From Candidatus Latescibacterota bacterium (GTDB lineage: Bacteria > Latescibacterota > UBA2968), in assembly GCA_965204375.1 (NCBI GenBank), contig OZ241986.1, forward strand, positions 5,984,001 through 6,048,000: a DNA stretch of 64,000 nt, given 5' to 3'. The translations under genes and the position numbers were made by a program. Within the stretch, counting starts at the first letter, position 1; each line of letters begins with the position of its first letter. The notes beneath the pieces are model-generated. The model made no database searches. It saw only the letters and a program-made list of their open reading frames with translations, and had not been told where the DNA came from. Shown piece after piece: positions 28,186 through 38,962 of this stretch.

Positions 28186-31100
28186 ATGGCGAGTAAAAAC
28201 CAACAAATAAAAAAACGCGGACCGCGCAGAAAGCGGCCAAGTCTGATGTCAGCAGTGTGGTCGCTGCTGCCCGCGTGTATGCTCAAAGACGGCATGGAGA
28301 TTGCGCGGCAGTTGCGGCAAATACAGCGGCAAAAGCGGCGCGATACGGTGCGGTTGAAGAATCTGAAGGTGCAGGCAGAGCGGTCGGCTGCGTTGCGTAA
28401 AGACCGGGGAGATAATCCGCTGTACTTGACGTATCCAGAAGCGTTGCCGATTGTGGCGCGGAAGGATGAGATTGTTCGGGCGATTCGAGAACATCCCGTG
28501 GTGATTGTGGCGGGTGAGACGGGTTCGGGGAAGACGACGCAGTTGCCCAAGATGTGTTTGGAGGCCGGTCGCGGTGTGGCGGCGAAAATTGCGTGTACCC
28601 AACCCCGGCGCGTGGCGGCGCTATCGGTGTCGCGGCGTATTGCAGAGGAGTTAAATGTCGCGTGGGGTGCCGAGGTGGGGTGCAAAATTCGGTTTAAGGA
28701 TGAGACTGCGCCCGAGACGCGGATCAAGATGATGACGGATGGGATGTTGCTCGCGGAGATTCAGGGCGATCCGAATTTGTATGAGTACGATACGGTTATT
28801 ATTGATGAGGCGCACGAGCGCAGTTTGAATATCGATTTTTTGCTGGGGTATTTGCGTCTGTTGCAAAAGCGACGCCCCGAGTTGCGGATTGTGATTACAT
28901 CGGCGACGATTGATACGGAGGCGTTTTCAAAGGCGTTTGACGATGCGCCGATTATTGAGGTGTCCGGGCGGATGTATCCTGTGGATGTGCAATACTTGCC
29001 TATAGAAGATCTCGCTGGGGAGACGTATATCGATGCGGCGGTGACCGCAGTGGATATGGTGGTTGATGCGGGACGAGGCGATATTCTGGTTTTTATGCCT
29101 ACGGAGAAGGATATCCACGAGACGCGCAGGCGTTTGGAGGGGCGACAACTTCGCTTTACAGAGGTTTTGCCGCTGTTTGGGCGGTTGACAGCGGGCGATC
29201 AGCAGAAGGTGTTTTACAAGCAGAGGTATCGGCGCATTGTGGTGGCGACGAATATTGCGGAGACGTCGATTACGATTCCGGGTATTCGATATGTGATCGA
29301 TACGGGGCTGGCGCGAATCAGCCGGCACAATCCGCGCAATCAGACGCATCGGCTACCGGTGGAGGAGATTTCTCAAAGCAGTGCCAGGCAGCGGGCAGGG
29401 CGGTGTGGGCGCGTGCAAAATGGGGTGTGTATTCGTCTGTACGATGAGAAGAGTTTTCTCGCGCGACCAGAGTACACGCAGCCCGAGATTCAGCGGTCGG
29501 ATTTGGCTGAGGTCATTTTGCGGATGATTGCGCTGCGGCTGGGCGATGTCGAGACGTTTCCATTTATTGATCCCCCCCGTTCTCAGGCGATTCAGGGGGG
29601 ATTTAATGTGTTGAGGGCGCTGGACGCGATTGATGATCACAAGCGTCTGACACCGTTGGGGCGCGATATGGCGCGTTTGCCACTCGCGCCGACGGTATCG
29701 CGGATGATTTTGCAAGCTCGGAAAGAACGCGCTTTGCGCGAGGTGCTGGTTATTGCGTCGGCAATCAGCATTCAAGATCCGCGCGTTCGGCCGCTCGAGC
29801 AAGAGAAGGCGGCAGACCAGGAGCACAAGCGATTTGTAGATGGAGAATCGGATTTTGTAGCGTTGCTGAATATCTGGAAGACGTATCACGATACGTTTGA
29901 GAAATTGAGAACTCAGAGCCAGATGCGGAGATTTTGCAAGCAGCATTTTTTATCTTTTAATCGCATGCGCGAATGGCGCGATATTTATATGCAGATTCGA
30001 CATACTCTGCGTGAGATGGGCAGTTTTCGGATGAACCGGGACGATGCGGGATACCACGCGATTCATCGGTCGGTGGTGAGTGGGTTGTTGGGCAATGTGG
30101 CACAGAAGAAGGAAGACAATATGTATCGCGCAGCGCGTGGGCGCGATGTGATGTTGTTCCCGGGGTCTGGCCTGTTTCAACGGAGAGAGGGCAGAGAGGA
30201 AGATAAAAAGAGTACGCCCGGTTGGGTGGTGGCTGCGGAGGTGGTGGAGACGTCGCGTTTGTTTGCGCGCACTGTGGCTCGCATACAGCCGTCGTGGCTG
30301 GTGGAGTTGGGCGGACATCTGTGCCGGGCATCTTATAAGGAGCCGTTTTACAGCAGGCGGTCGGGGCGGGTGCTGGCGACCGAGACATTGACGCTGCACG
30401 GTTTGCAGGTGGGGCAAAAGCGCGTGGGGTATGGCGGTATAGATGCCAGTGCTGCGACGGAGATTTTTATCCGCGAGGCTCTGGTGAATGATGAGGTGGC
30501 GTTGCCTTATGAATTTGTGGCTCAGAATCGGGATTTGCGCGCGCGCGTGGAAACATGGCAGATGCAACAGCGTTTGATGCAATTTCTGGATCTGGACGAG
30601 GCTGCGTATCGGTTTTATGCCGAGCGATTGGAGAATATATCTTCCACGCACGATTTGAATCGCCTGATTAAGAGAAAGGGTGCGGATTTTTTGCTGATGT
30701 CCGAGAAGCATCTGGCGGGTGAGCAGGTGGATTTTGATCGGGATGCGTTTCCCAATTTTTTGGAGGTGGATGGCGAAGAGGTGCCGCTTTCTTATGCGTA
30801 TCGGCCCGGACAGGATCGGGATGGCGTGACGTTGCAATTGCCGTACAAGCTGGTGCATTTTGTACAGCCGGAGGTGCTGGACTGGCTGGTGCCGGGATTG
30901 TTGGAAGAAAAGATCACATATATGTTGCGCGGGCTTCCAAAAAGTATTCGCAAGCGGTTTGTGCCCGTGCCGGACAAGGCGCGAGAGATTGCCGCGGCGT
31001 TGCAGCCAACGCACGGTGCGTTTTTGGATTCGCTATCTGCCCATATTCTGGGTACATACGGTATTGAGATTTCTCAAAGCGATTGGAATGTGCGCGATTT

Positions 31101-32079
31101 GCCCGAGCATTTGCAGATGCGCGTGGAAGTTCGGGATGAGAAAGAAAAGGCGGTTGTGGCAGCGCGGGATTTGCGCGTGTTGCGCGAGCAGTTAGATGCG
31201 CGCGAAGAAGATGTGCAGTCCGATGCATGGTTGCGGGCGCAGAAGCAGGTGGCGTGCCGGGATGTGACGGGGCAGACGCTGGGTGAATTGCCCGAGCGCG
31301 TAGAGGTGATGCAAGCCGGTGGGATGCCGGTGTTTGGCTATGTGGGGTTGAAGCGCGAGGGGGATCGCGTGGATGTGTGTTTGTTTAAGCGCGCGGATAA
31401 GGCGGAACGCGAGACCCGGGCGGGTTGGATGCGGTTGTGCGAGCGCGAAATGCGGGATGAGATGCGGGCGTTGAAGCGGTCTTTGGGCGATTTGGCACAA
31501 TTTGAGGGGGGGCGCGAGGCTTTGCGCGAGGGCGCGTACGCAAATTTAATGGCGCATCTGTTCACGCGGGATGCGGCGTTTCCCATAACGCGCCAGCGCT
31601 TTGAAGCGCGTGTTCAACAGGCGCGGTTGTATTTGCAGCATCTGGCACCGCAATTGATTCAGGCGATGGAATCGCTGTTTGAAACGCATCGAGAAATTCG
31701 CCTGTTGCGCGGTGGATATCCCGAGGTGGAGGCCGATCTCGCGCGTTTGATGCCGCCGGATTTTTTGCGACAAACGCCGTATGATCAGGTGTTGCATTTG
31801 AGTCGGTTTTTGAAGGCGATTGTGATACGGGCCGAACGCGCGATGCTCGATCCGATGAAGGACCGACAAAAGGCCGAGCAGGTTCAACCCTTTCAAGATG
31901 CGGTGGATGAATTGATGGATTCGGAATTGACGGGTGCAAAGCGCGCTGCCGTGCAGGCGCTGCGGTGGATGGTCGAGGAGTTTCGGGTGTCGGTTTTTGC
32001 ACAGGAACTCGGCACGGCGCAAAAGGTGTCGCCAAAGCGGTTGTACGATAAATTGGAGCAGGTGAGAGGGATGGCGTAG
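28186..32079 (+). CDS. hrpA: ATP-dependent RNA helicase HrpA
   Basis: GETGSGKTTQLPK, TQPRRVAA, DEAHERS, TSAT, ATNIAETS, QRAGRCGR; C-terminal RWMVEEFRVSVFAQELGT. Confidence 0.95.
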   Translation: MASKNQQIKKRGPRRKRPSLMSAVWSLLPACMLKDGMEIARQLRQIQRQKRRDTVRLKNLKVQAERSAALRKDRGDNPLYLTYPEALPIVARKDEIVRAIREHPVVIVAGETGSGKTTQLPKMCLEAGRGVAAKIACTQPRRVAALSVSRRIAEELNVAWGAEVGCKIRFKDETAPETRIKMMTDGMLLAEIQGDPNLYEYDTVIIDEAHERSLNIDFLLGYLRLLQKRRPELRIVITSATIDTEAFSKAFDDAPIIEVSGRMYPVDVQYLPIEDLAGETYIDAAVTAVDMVVDAGRGDILVFMPTEKDIHETRRRLEGRQLRFTEVLPLFGRLTAGDQQKVFYKQRYRRIVVATNIAETSITIPGIRYVIDTGLARISRHNPRNQTHRLPVEEISQSSARQRAGRCGRVQNGVCIRLYDEKSFLARPEYTQPEIQRSDLAEVILRMIALRLGDVETFPFIDPPRSQAIQGGFNVLRALDAIDDHKRLTPLGRDMARLPLAPTVSRMILQARKERALREVLVIASAISIQDPRVRPLEQEKAADQEHKRFVDGESDFVALLNIWKTYHDTFEKLRTQSQMRRFCKQHFLSFNRMREWRDIYMQIRHTLREMGSFRMNRDDAGYHAIHRSVVSGLLGNVAQKKEDNMYRAARGRDVMLFPGSGLFQRREGREEDKKSTPGWVVAAEVVETSRLFARTVARIQPSWLVELGGHLCRASYKEPFYSRRSGRVLATETLTLHGLQVGQKRVGYGGIDASAATEIFIREALVNDEVALPYEFVAQNRDLRARVETWQMQQRLMQFLDLDEAAYRFYAERLENISSTHDLNRLIKRKGADFLLMSEKHLAGEQVDFDRDAFPNFLEVDGEEVPLSYAYRPGQDRDGVTLQLPYKLVHFVQPEVLDWLVPGLLEEKITYMLRGLPKSIRKRFVPVPDKAREIAAALQPTHGAFLDSLSAHILGTYGIEISQSDWNVRDLPEHLQMRVEVRDEKEKAVVAARDLRVLREQLDAREEDVQSDAWLRAQKQVACRDVTGQTLGELPERVEVMQAGGMPVFGYVGLKREGDRVDVCLFKRADKAERETRAGWMRLCEREMRDEMRALKRSLGDLAQFEGGREALREGAYANLMAHLFTRDAAFPITRQRFEARVQQARLYLQHLAPQLIQAMESLFETHREIRLLRGGYPEVEADLARLMPPDFLRQTPYDQVLHLSRFLKAIVIRAERAMLDPMKDRQKAEQVQPFQDAVDELMDSELTGAKRAAVQALRWMVEEFRVSVFAQELGTAQKVSPKRLYDKLEQVRGMA

Positions 32080-32082
32080 TTT

Positions 32083-33861
32083 ATGAGTCTCAATTTTTTT
32101 AAGCCCTTTGCGGAGTATGTATATCCCCATCGATGGAAGATTTTTTGGGGATTGGTGCTGTTGCTGGGTACGCAAGGGGTTCAGGCGCTCGTTCCGTTGT
32201 TGATGAAATGGGCGATTGATACGGCCAAAGCGGGGCTGGATGCCGGGGATCTTACTGGCGATGTGGTCGATACAATCACGGGTAGCCCGATGGGCGATTT
32301 GCAGATGTACGGGGCAATCATGGTTGCACTTGGCATTGCCCAATGGGGCATGTCATTTGGGATGCGCTGGTTTATTGCCAGTGCTTCTCGCTTTATAGAG
32401 CGCGATATTCGCACGATTTATGTGCGACATATTGTGCGGCTACCGCTGAGTTTTTTCCAGGCGCAACGCGTGGGCGATTTAATGGCGCGGGCGACCAATG
32501 ATGTGGAAGCGATTCAGCGGTTTTTTTATTTTGCGTATCGCCTGTCGCTACAGGCGGTTTTGAGTTTTGTGCTCAGTCTCATTTTGATGTGCATTATTGA
32601 CTGGCAGTTGGCTCTTTTGGCGCTGGCTCCTATGCCCGTGATGGCTTTTTGTGCGCGGTGGGTCGGGCAAAAGGTGCGCGTGGGCTACCGACGGGTTCAG
32701 GAACAGTTTGCCGCCGTTAGTTCAAAAATTCAGGAAAATTTGACGGGTATGCGAATGGTCAAAGCCTTTGCTATGCGCCCGCTTGAGATTGTGGATTTTG
32801 GAATTCTCAATGAAGAATACGTCACGCGCAACCGCCATTTGATTAAAATCCGCAGTCTGTATTATCCGTTCACGTTTTTGTTGAGCGGTGTTTCTATGAT
32901 TGTGATTTTGTGGCTGGGTGGTCTGCGGGTGATTGAGGGGAGTTTGAGCCTGGGGGCATTTGTGGCGTTCAATGCGTATTTGCTGCGGATGAGTCGCCCG
33001 ATGTCGATGTTGGGGCGAATTGTCGATGAGTATCAACGCGCCGTGGCTTCGCTGAGGCGTATTGAAGAGGTTTTGAAAGTATCGCCGCAACCCGATGTGG
33101 TGGGTGGCACAATGGGGGATATCAGAGGGGAGATCGAATTTCGCAATACGAGTTTTTCTTATAATGGTCAGCGCGTACTCAAAGATATCAATCTTCGGAT
33201 TCCAGCGGGAAGTACGCTTGCCGTGGTGGGGCGCGTGGGGTCGGGAAAATCCACGCTGGCGCGGTTGATTCCCCGGTTGATCCAGGCGAATGAAGGGCGG
33301 GTTTTTATCGATGGCAAGCCGGTGGAAGATATACCGCTTGAGACCATTCGAGACGCGACCGGGTATGTGCCGCAGGACGCATTTTTGTTTTCGGATACGA
33401 TTCGGGAAAATGTGGCTTTGGGTACGCGGGCAGAGGGCGATGTTGTGCGCGCGACCGAGATTTCGCAATTGGCTCCCGATTTGCACCTTTTTCCCGAGCA
33501 ATTGGAGACGATTGTAGGAGAGCGCGGGGTCACGCTTTCGGGGGGACAAAAACAGCGCACCGCTATTGCGCGCGCGGTGATTCGAGAGCCGCGGATTCTG
33601 ATTATGGACGATGCATTGGCCAGCGTGGATACGCGGACAGAGGAAGAGATTCTCAAATATTTGCGCGAGATTATGGCTTCGCGTACGACGATTTTAATTG
33701 CCCATCGCATTTCGACTGTGAAAGATGCCGATCATATTATTGTGCTGGATGAGGGGCGCATTGTAGAGCAGGGGTCACACGATGAATTGGTTGAGTACGA
33801 TGGGATTTATGCGGATATGTTTCGACGCCAGCACCTGGCTCAAGAATTGGAAATATTGTAA
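32083..33861 (+). CDS. ABC exporter permease/ATPase, subunit 1 (MdlA/YheI-like)
   Basis: GDLMARATND, GRVGSGKST, LSGGQKQR, MDDALASVD (degenerate Walker B). Confidence 0.93.
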   Translation: MSLNFFKPFAEYVYPHRWKIFWGLVLLLGTQGVQALVPLLMKWAIDTAKAGLDAGDLTGDVVDTITGSPMGDLQMYGAIMVALGIAQWGMSFGMRWFIASASRFIERDIRTIYVRHIVRLPLSFFQAQRVGDLMARATNDVEAIQRFFYFAYRLSLQAVLSFVLSLILMCIIDWQLALLALAPMPVMAFCARWVGQKVRVGYRRVQEQFAAVSSKIQENLTGMRMVKAFAMRPLEIVDFGILNEEYVTRNRHLIKIRSLYYPFTFLLSGVSMIVILWLGGLRVIEGSLSLGAFVAFNAYLLRMSRPMSMLGRIVDEYQRAVASLRRIEEVLKVSPQPDVVGGTMGDIRGEIEFRNTSFSYNGQRVLKDINLRIPAGSTLAVVGRVGSGKSTLARLIPRLIQANEGRVFIDGKPVEDIPLETIRDATGYVPQDAFLFSDTIRENVALGTRAEGDVVRATEISQLAPDLHLFPEQLETIVGERGVTLSGGQKQRTAIARAVIREPRILIMDDALASVDTRTEEEILKYLREIMASRTTILIAHRISTVKDADHIIVLDEGRIVEQGSHDELVEYDGIYADMFRRQHLAQELEIL

Positions 33862-35615
33862 TGGAAGAAGAGGAAATTGGTCATAAGGGTTTTGATCTGC
33901 GTTTGATGGCGCGCCTGTTGAACTTTCTCAGGCCCTACGCGCGGTGGGTTGTCCTCACGTTTGTGCTCATTATTGTCGCGGCGATTGTGCGGCAGGCCGG
34001 GCCTTATTTGACCAAGATTGCAGTGGATGATTATATCGTGCCGGGAGATGTGGATGGGTTGACCTATCTGGTCATGCTCTATGTCGGTCTGCTTGTCGCG
34101 CAATTTGGCGTGGGATATTGCCAGAGTTGGACGACCAATATGATCGGTCAATGGGCTATGCACGATGTGCGGTTGCAGATTTTTATGCATTTGCAGCGGT
34201 TGCCCATGCGATATTTCGACCGCACGCCTGTGGGGCGCTTGATGGCGCGCAATACAAATGATGTGGATGCCCTCAACGAGTTGTTTACCGATGGCATTGT
34301 GTCGATGATCAGCGATATTTTTACGATTGTCACGATTCTCGCATACATTTTTTATATGGATGTCACGCTCGGTTTGATGATCTGTCTCGCATTGCCCGTG
34401 GCTTTTGTCGCAACCGTATGGCTGCAGAATAAGACCTTTTTTGCGTATCGCGTTGCGCGCACGCTGTTCGCGCGATTTAGTTCTTCGCTACAGGAGACCG
34501 TGTCCGGGATGGAGGTGGTGCAGTTATTTGGTTGCGAAGATCGCTGTGTGAAGCGGTTTGAAGATCCGAATAAAGAGTATCTGGATGCGCGATTAAAGAG
34601 TACGTTTTACCATGCGATTTATTTTCCGATCATGGAGTTGGGCGGTGTTTTGTTGTCTGCATTGGTGTTGTGGTATGGCGGCGTGCGGGTGCTGGATGGG
34701 GAAATTCAGTGGGGCGTGCTCGTGGCAATGTTGCAGTATGTTCCGCGGTTTTTTATGCCTCTCCGCGATATTGCCGATCGTTTTACCGTGCTTCAGGTTG
34801 CGATGGCGTCTTCAGAGCGCATTTTTGAGTTGTTGGATACAAAGCCAGAATCACTTGGTGGTTCTGTGAAGGCCGATCACTTGAAGGGCGAGATTGAGTT
34901 TCAAAATGTCTGGTTTGCGTACAACGAAGGCGAATGGGTGCTGCGCGATGTGTCTTTTCGCGTTGCGCCGGGGCAGAGTTTGGCACTGGTCGGGGCGACG
35001 GGCGCGGGCAAGAGTACGGTGATTGGTCTGGTGTGTCGGTTCTACGATATTCAGCGGGGTGCGATTCTGGTGGATGGTGTCGATATTCGCGAGTGGGATG
35101 TCGAGGAGCTTCGCAGACGCATTGGGGTCGTGCAACAGGATGTTTTTCTCTTTGCCGGCGATATTGAGGCCAATATCAGTTTGGGACATCCGCGCATTAG
35201 CCGCCAGGAGGTCGAGCAAGCCGCGCGCGATGTCAATGCAGACCGGTTTATCGACAGGTTGCCCGATACCTATGCGCACGAGGTCCTGGAGCGGGGTAGT
35301 TCTCTTTCGGTCGGGCAGCGTCAGTTGATATCTTTTGCGCGTACGCTGGCTTCTGGTCCAGATATTCTCATTCTGGATGAGGCAACGGCGAATGTGGATA
35401 CGGAGACCGAGATGTGGATTCAGGATGCGGTGGCAAAATTGATGCGGTCGCGGACTTCGATTGCGATTGCACACCGCCTTTCGACCATTCGAAATGCGGA
35501 TAATATTCTGGTGATGCACCGCGGGCAAATCCGCGAGGAAGGCGACCACGATACGCTGCTCAAGCAGAATGGGATCTATGCCCGGCTCTACCAGTTGCAA
35601 TATGAAGGTACTTGA
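33861..35615 (+). CDS. ABC exporter permease/ATPase, subunit 2 (MdlB/YheH-like)
   Basis: GATGAGKST, LSVGQRQL, LDEATANVD, IAHRLST. Confidence 0.93.
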   Translation: MEEEEIGHKGFDLRLMARLLNFLRPYARWVVLTFVLIIVAAIVRQAGPYLTKIAVDDYIVPGDVDGLTYLVMLYVGLLVAQFGVGYCQSWTTNMIGQWAMHDVRLQIFMHLQRLPMRYFDRTPVGRLMARNTNDVDALNELFTDGIVSMISDIFTIVTILAYIFYMDVTLGLMICLALPVAFVATVWLQNKTFFAYRVARTLFARFSSSLQETVSGMEVVQLFGCEDRCVKRFEDPNKEYLDARLKSTFYHAIYFPIMELGGVLLSALVLWYGGVRVLDGEIQWGVLVAMLQYVPRFFMPLRDIADRFTVLQVAMASSERIFELLDTKPESLGGSVKADHLKGEIEFQNVWFAYNEGEWVLRDVSFRVAPGQSLALVGATGAGKSTVIGLVCRFYDIQRGAILVDGVDIREWDVEELRRRIGVVQQDVFLFAGDIEANISLGHPRISRQEVEQAARDVNADRFIDRLPDTYAHEVLERGSSLSVGQRQLISFARTLASGPDILILDEATANVDTETEMWIQDAVAKLMRSRTSIAIAHRLSTIRNADNILVMHRGQIREEGDHDTLLKQNGIYARLYQLQYEGT

Positions 35616-35648
35616 TGGTATTTTGCCCATTTTTCAAGGAGGTGTAAC

Positions 35649-36530
35649 ATGTTGTTCGGAGAAGGCGATTATCGGTACGAGGAAGTCGAGGGATGGGCGA
35701 AGTTGCCCGAGGGATGGGTGTTTACGCAGGTTTCGGATGCTGCGGTGGATTCACAGGGCCGCATTTACGCATTTACGCGCGGGATTCATCCCGTGGTTGT
35801 GTTTGATAAGGCTGGCAATTTTATTACGTCGTGGGGTTATGGCGATTTTGGCATTTCGCCGAATTTGATCAGTCAGTCACACGGTATTTTTATCGATCCG
35901 GACGATAAGGTGTTTTTGACGGATTCGTATCAGCATATTGTCAGGCGTTATACCCGTTTGGGCGAGTTGGAACGCGAATGGGGTACCCGCGGGGTTCCCG
36001 GTCCGACGTTTCATCGCAGGGAATACAATATGCCAACGGGTGTTGCTTATGCGCCAGATGGAAATTCGTTTTACGTGTCGGATGGGTATGGCAGCCGGTG
36101 TGTTCACAAGTATTCGCGCGAGGGCGAGCATCTCGCGGTGTGGGGCGAAGGGGGGAGTGGACCGGGGCAGTTTGCATTGGTTCACAATATCGGGTGCGAT
36201 AAGACCGGGCGGGTTCTGGTGTGCGACCGGGAGAATAGCCGCATTCAGATTTTCGATCCAGACGGCGAGTTTATGGAGATGTGGACCGATGTGATGATGC
36301 CGGGGGATGTGTGGATTACGGATGACAATACGATTTATGTGGCGGAGCAAGGGGGCGGGGGACGCATTAGCGTGTGGTCTGCGGATGGGGAGTTGATTTG
36401 CCGCTTTGAAGATAAGAGCGCCGTGCAGTCGCCGCATGGGCTTTGCGTGGATGACGAGGGTAGTATTTATGTGGCTGAGATCGGTATGGGTGGACAGGGA
36501 CAGCGGTTGCAAAAATTTGCGAGGGTTTAG
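35649..36530 (+). CDS. NHL-repeat protein (peptidylamidoglycolate lyase-like)
   Basis: HGIFID, PTGVA, YVSDGY, GPGQFALVHNI, CDRENSRIQIF, PHGL. Confidence 0.88.
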   Translation: MLFGEGDYRYEEVEGWAKLPEGWVFTQVSDAAVDSQGRIYAFTRGIHPVVVFDKAGNFITSWGYGDFGISPNLISQSHGIFIDPDDKVFLTDSYQHIVRRYTRLGELEREWGTRGVPGPTFHRREYNMPTGVAYAPDGNSFYVSDGYGSRCVHKYSREGEHLAVWGEGGSGPGQFALVHNIGCDKTGRVLVCDRENSRIQIFDPDGEFMEMWTDVMMPGDVWITDDNTIYVAEQGGGGRISVWSADGELICRFEDKSAVQSPHGLCVDDEGSIYVAEIGMGGQGQRLQKFARV

Positions 36531-36564
36531 GGTTTTCAGGTAACTACAACATAGCGGGGTTTTT

Positions 36565-37308
36565 ATGGCTACACCAAATCGCATTCTCGAGCGTTATCGC
36601 AATGGCGAAAAAGCCGTTGGCGTGCAGATGAGTTTTGTTTCAGAAATTGTGATCGAAGTGGCGGCTAAGATGGGGATGGATTTTATTTCGCTGGATGGGC
36701 AGCACGGCGCATTGACGCTGCCGACTATTGAGACGGTCTGTCGCCTTTGCGATGCTTATGGTATGACGCCAACCATGCGGGTTGTGGATCAGTCCGAGGC
36801 GGCTATTTTGACGGCTCTGGACCGGGGCATGCAGATGATTACGGTGCCCAATTTGCAGACTGCTGAGGAAGCCGAGCAGATTGTCCAGTTTGGTTTTTAC
36901 GGGCCTTTGGGACGGCGGAGCGCGATGAGCCAGCGCGTGGCGTATAGTTTGAATGATACCAGCGATAGTCGAGAAATTTTTGAGTTTACAAATGACAATA
37001 CCATTATTGTGCCGCAGCTCGAGAGCAAGACGGCTTTTGACAATTTGGATGAGATTCTTCAGGTTGATGGGCTTATGTTTTTTGCGGGTGGTCCTCAAGA
37101 TATTGCGCAGTCTATGGGGTATCCCGGGGAGCCGAATCATCCAGAGTGCATAGCGGCTTATGAGGCGGCGTGTGATAAGGTACGTGCGGCGGGAAAGCAC
37201 ATGAGTGGCGATGTGATGGTTAGTTTGGATGCTTTTGGGGCGATTTACGATGCGGGGAAGGCGTTGCTCGAAGCACATGGCCGCGAGTGCGGTATGAAGA
37301 TTGGTTGA
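36565..37308 (+). CDS. HpcH/HpaI aldolase family protein
   Basis: DFISLDGQHG, ALDRG, YGPLGRR, PQLES, GPQDIAQSMG. Confidence 0.85.
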   Translation: MATPNRILERYRNGEKAVGVQMSFVSEIVIEVAAKMGMDFISLDGQHGALTLPTIETVCRLCDAYGMTPTMRVVDQSEAAILTALDRGMQMITVPNLQTAEEAEQIVQFGFYGPLGRRSAMSQRVAYSLNDTSDSREIFEFTNDNTIIVPQLESKTAFDNLDEILQVDGLMFFAGGPQDIAQSMGYPGEPNHPECIAAYEAACDKVRAAGKHMSGDVMVSLDAFGAIYDAGKALLEAHGRECGMKIG

Positions 37309-38732
37309 ATTGCGAGGTACATTTGTCTAAGGCACAGGTTGAATCCGGGGAGGCAGAACCGCTGTCTCCTCGGGCGGCTCGGCGCGTGTTGATTAGCCTG
37401 ATGTTTTCGTCTATGCTGATGCCTATGGTGTCTGGCATGTCGCGGGTTGCACTGCCGGTTATTCGGGATGATTTTGGGATTCCCGCAGATTTGACGGCGT
37501 GGGTTCTGGCAGCTTTTATGCTGCCTTTTGTCGTTTTGATGCCGATTTATGGGCGTTTGAGCGATGGCGTTGACCGGCGGTTGTTGATTTTGGCGGGGAC
37601 TGTGATTTTCGGCGTTGGTTCCACGATGACATTTCTGGCGCCGAATATGCGCTGGTTGATGGCTGGCAGGGCGATTCAGGGGATTGGCGTGGGGGGGATG
37701 ACGCCGATGGGTATGGCGCTGCTTGTGTCGATTTTTAGTGAGGGAGAACGCGGGCGCGTCCTGGGGACGTGGAGTGCGGTGGGTCCGGCGATGAGTTTTT
37801 CGTCGTCGTTTGTCGCGGGTCTTCTCATTGCTCTTTGGGGTTGGCGCGCCGCTTTTGTGCCGGGTCTTTTGCTCAGTGTGGTGACTTTTGTCGCGATTTA
37901 CAGGGGGGTACCTTCTCAGGTGGTTGGGGAGGCTTCCAGGTTTTTGCGGCAGTTTGATTGGGGTGGGGTCGGGTTGTTGTCGGGTGGGATTGTGTTTCTG
38001 ATGTTTTATCTGTCCAGTCGGTCTGTGACGGGGGTTGCCCCGTTTGAGGATTGGCGGTTGCTTTCGGGCGCGGGGTTGTTTTTTGCGGGTTTCTGGTGGT
38101 GGGAAAGAGGGCGGAGAGATCCTTTTCTTCCGCTCAATTTTTTTGGCAATCGCATGTTTTGCCGGGTGACGTTTTGCGCTTCGATGCGGATGTTTGTGCA
38201 GGGTGGTATTGGGGTGTTGATGCCGCTGTATCTGGTCGATGTTCACCGCATGGGTCCGGCACTGTTGGGCGTGTTTTTGATTATTAGCTCTGCGGCGATG
38301 ACGCTGATTGTTCGGTTTGGTGGGCAGATGTCCGATCGTTTTCAGAGTCGGTGGCTGGTGATGATTGGGATGTTTGTGCAGTTGACGGTGATGTTGGCTT
38401 TTGCCCATTTGTCCGATGCGATTTCGATATGGGTTATTGCTGGTCTGCTGACGTATTATGGGCTTGGGGCGGGGTTGATGCTGGCTGCACTGCACAGTAC
38501 GGTTATGGGGACTGTCGATTCAGACCAGATGGGGGCCGCTGCGGGTCTTTATAGCATGTTGCGGTTTATGGGTATGGCGATCAGTACGGCTTTGATCGGG
38601 GTGGTGTTGCAGTTTTTCTTCGATGCAAATCTGGCTACCCTCGATGCGTACCAGAAGGTGTTTATGGTGCTTGCGATATTTCCCGTTCTGGGGATGGTGG
38701 TGGGATTTGGGTTGCGGGAAAAGAGGGTGTGA
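37287..38732 (+). CDS. MFS transporter (DHA2-like); start uncertain
   Basis: About 14 TM helices; YGRLSDGVDRR, GRAIQGIG, GQMSDRF. Confidence 0.9.
   Translation: MRYEDWLNCEVHLSKAQVESGEAEPLSPRAARRVLISLMFSSMLMPMVSGMSRVALPVIRDDFGIPADLTAWVLAAFMLPFVVLMPIYGRLSDGVDRRLLILAGTVIFGVGSTMTFLAPNMRWLMAGRAIQGIGVGGMTPMGMALLVSIFSEGERGRVLGTWSAVGPAMSFSSSFVAGLLIALWGWRAAFVPGLLLSVVTFVAIYRGVPSQVVGEASRFLRQFDWGGVGLLSGGIVFLMFYLSSRSVTGVAPFEDWRLLSGAGLFFAGFWWWERGRRDPFLPLNFFGNRMFCRVTFCASMRMFVQGGIGVLMPLYLVDVHRMGPALLGVFLIISSAAMTLIVRFGGQMSDRFQSRWLVMIGMFVQLTVMLAFAHLSDAISIWVIAGLLTYYGLGAGLMLAALHSTVMGTVDSDQMGAAAGLYSMLRFMGMAISTALIGVVLQFFFDANLATLDAYQKVFMVLAIFPVLGMVVGFGLREKRV
38605..38732 (+). repeat. Direct repeat copy 1 (3' end of the MFS gene)
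   Basis: Aligns to 40435-40563 with 11 substitutions and 1 indel by hand count. Confidence 0.92.
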
Positions 38733-38962
38733 AAAAGTTTACAAGAGTGGAAGGTTTTGGGTGTCTTGCGGGGTCAAGTCCACTCTTCATAGGTGTCCAT
38801 CAGTTGCGATGCCATCGACGAGCGTATCGCCTGGTTCTTCAAAATAGCGATCAAAGTTTCAATCCTTTTAGACTTGGTATTAATGCGGTCCAGAAGGTAT
38901 CTCGGACGTTATTGCCCAGGACATTGATGATATTTGGGCTCTCTGATCAGAGCATATTAAGA

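Noticed and set aside
7456-38495. Long antisense ORFs such as 8287-9390, 29950-31014, 32722-33549 and 37245-38495
   Set aside because: Shadow frames of well-supported genes; biased composition and no motifs.
38743-38960. 9-bp inverted repeat (aagagtgga/tccactctt) and a possible gene remnant after the MFS stop
   Set aside because: Long loop and no T tract; the minus-strand fragments could not be assigned to any family.
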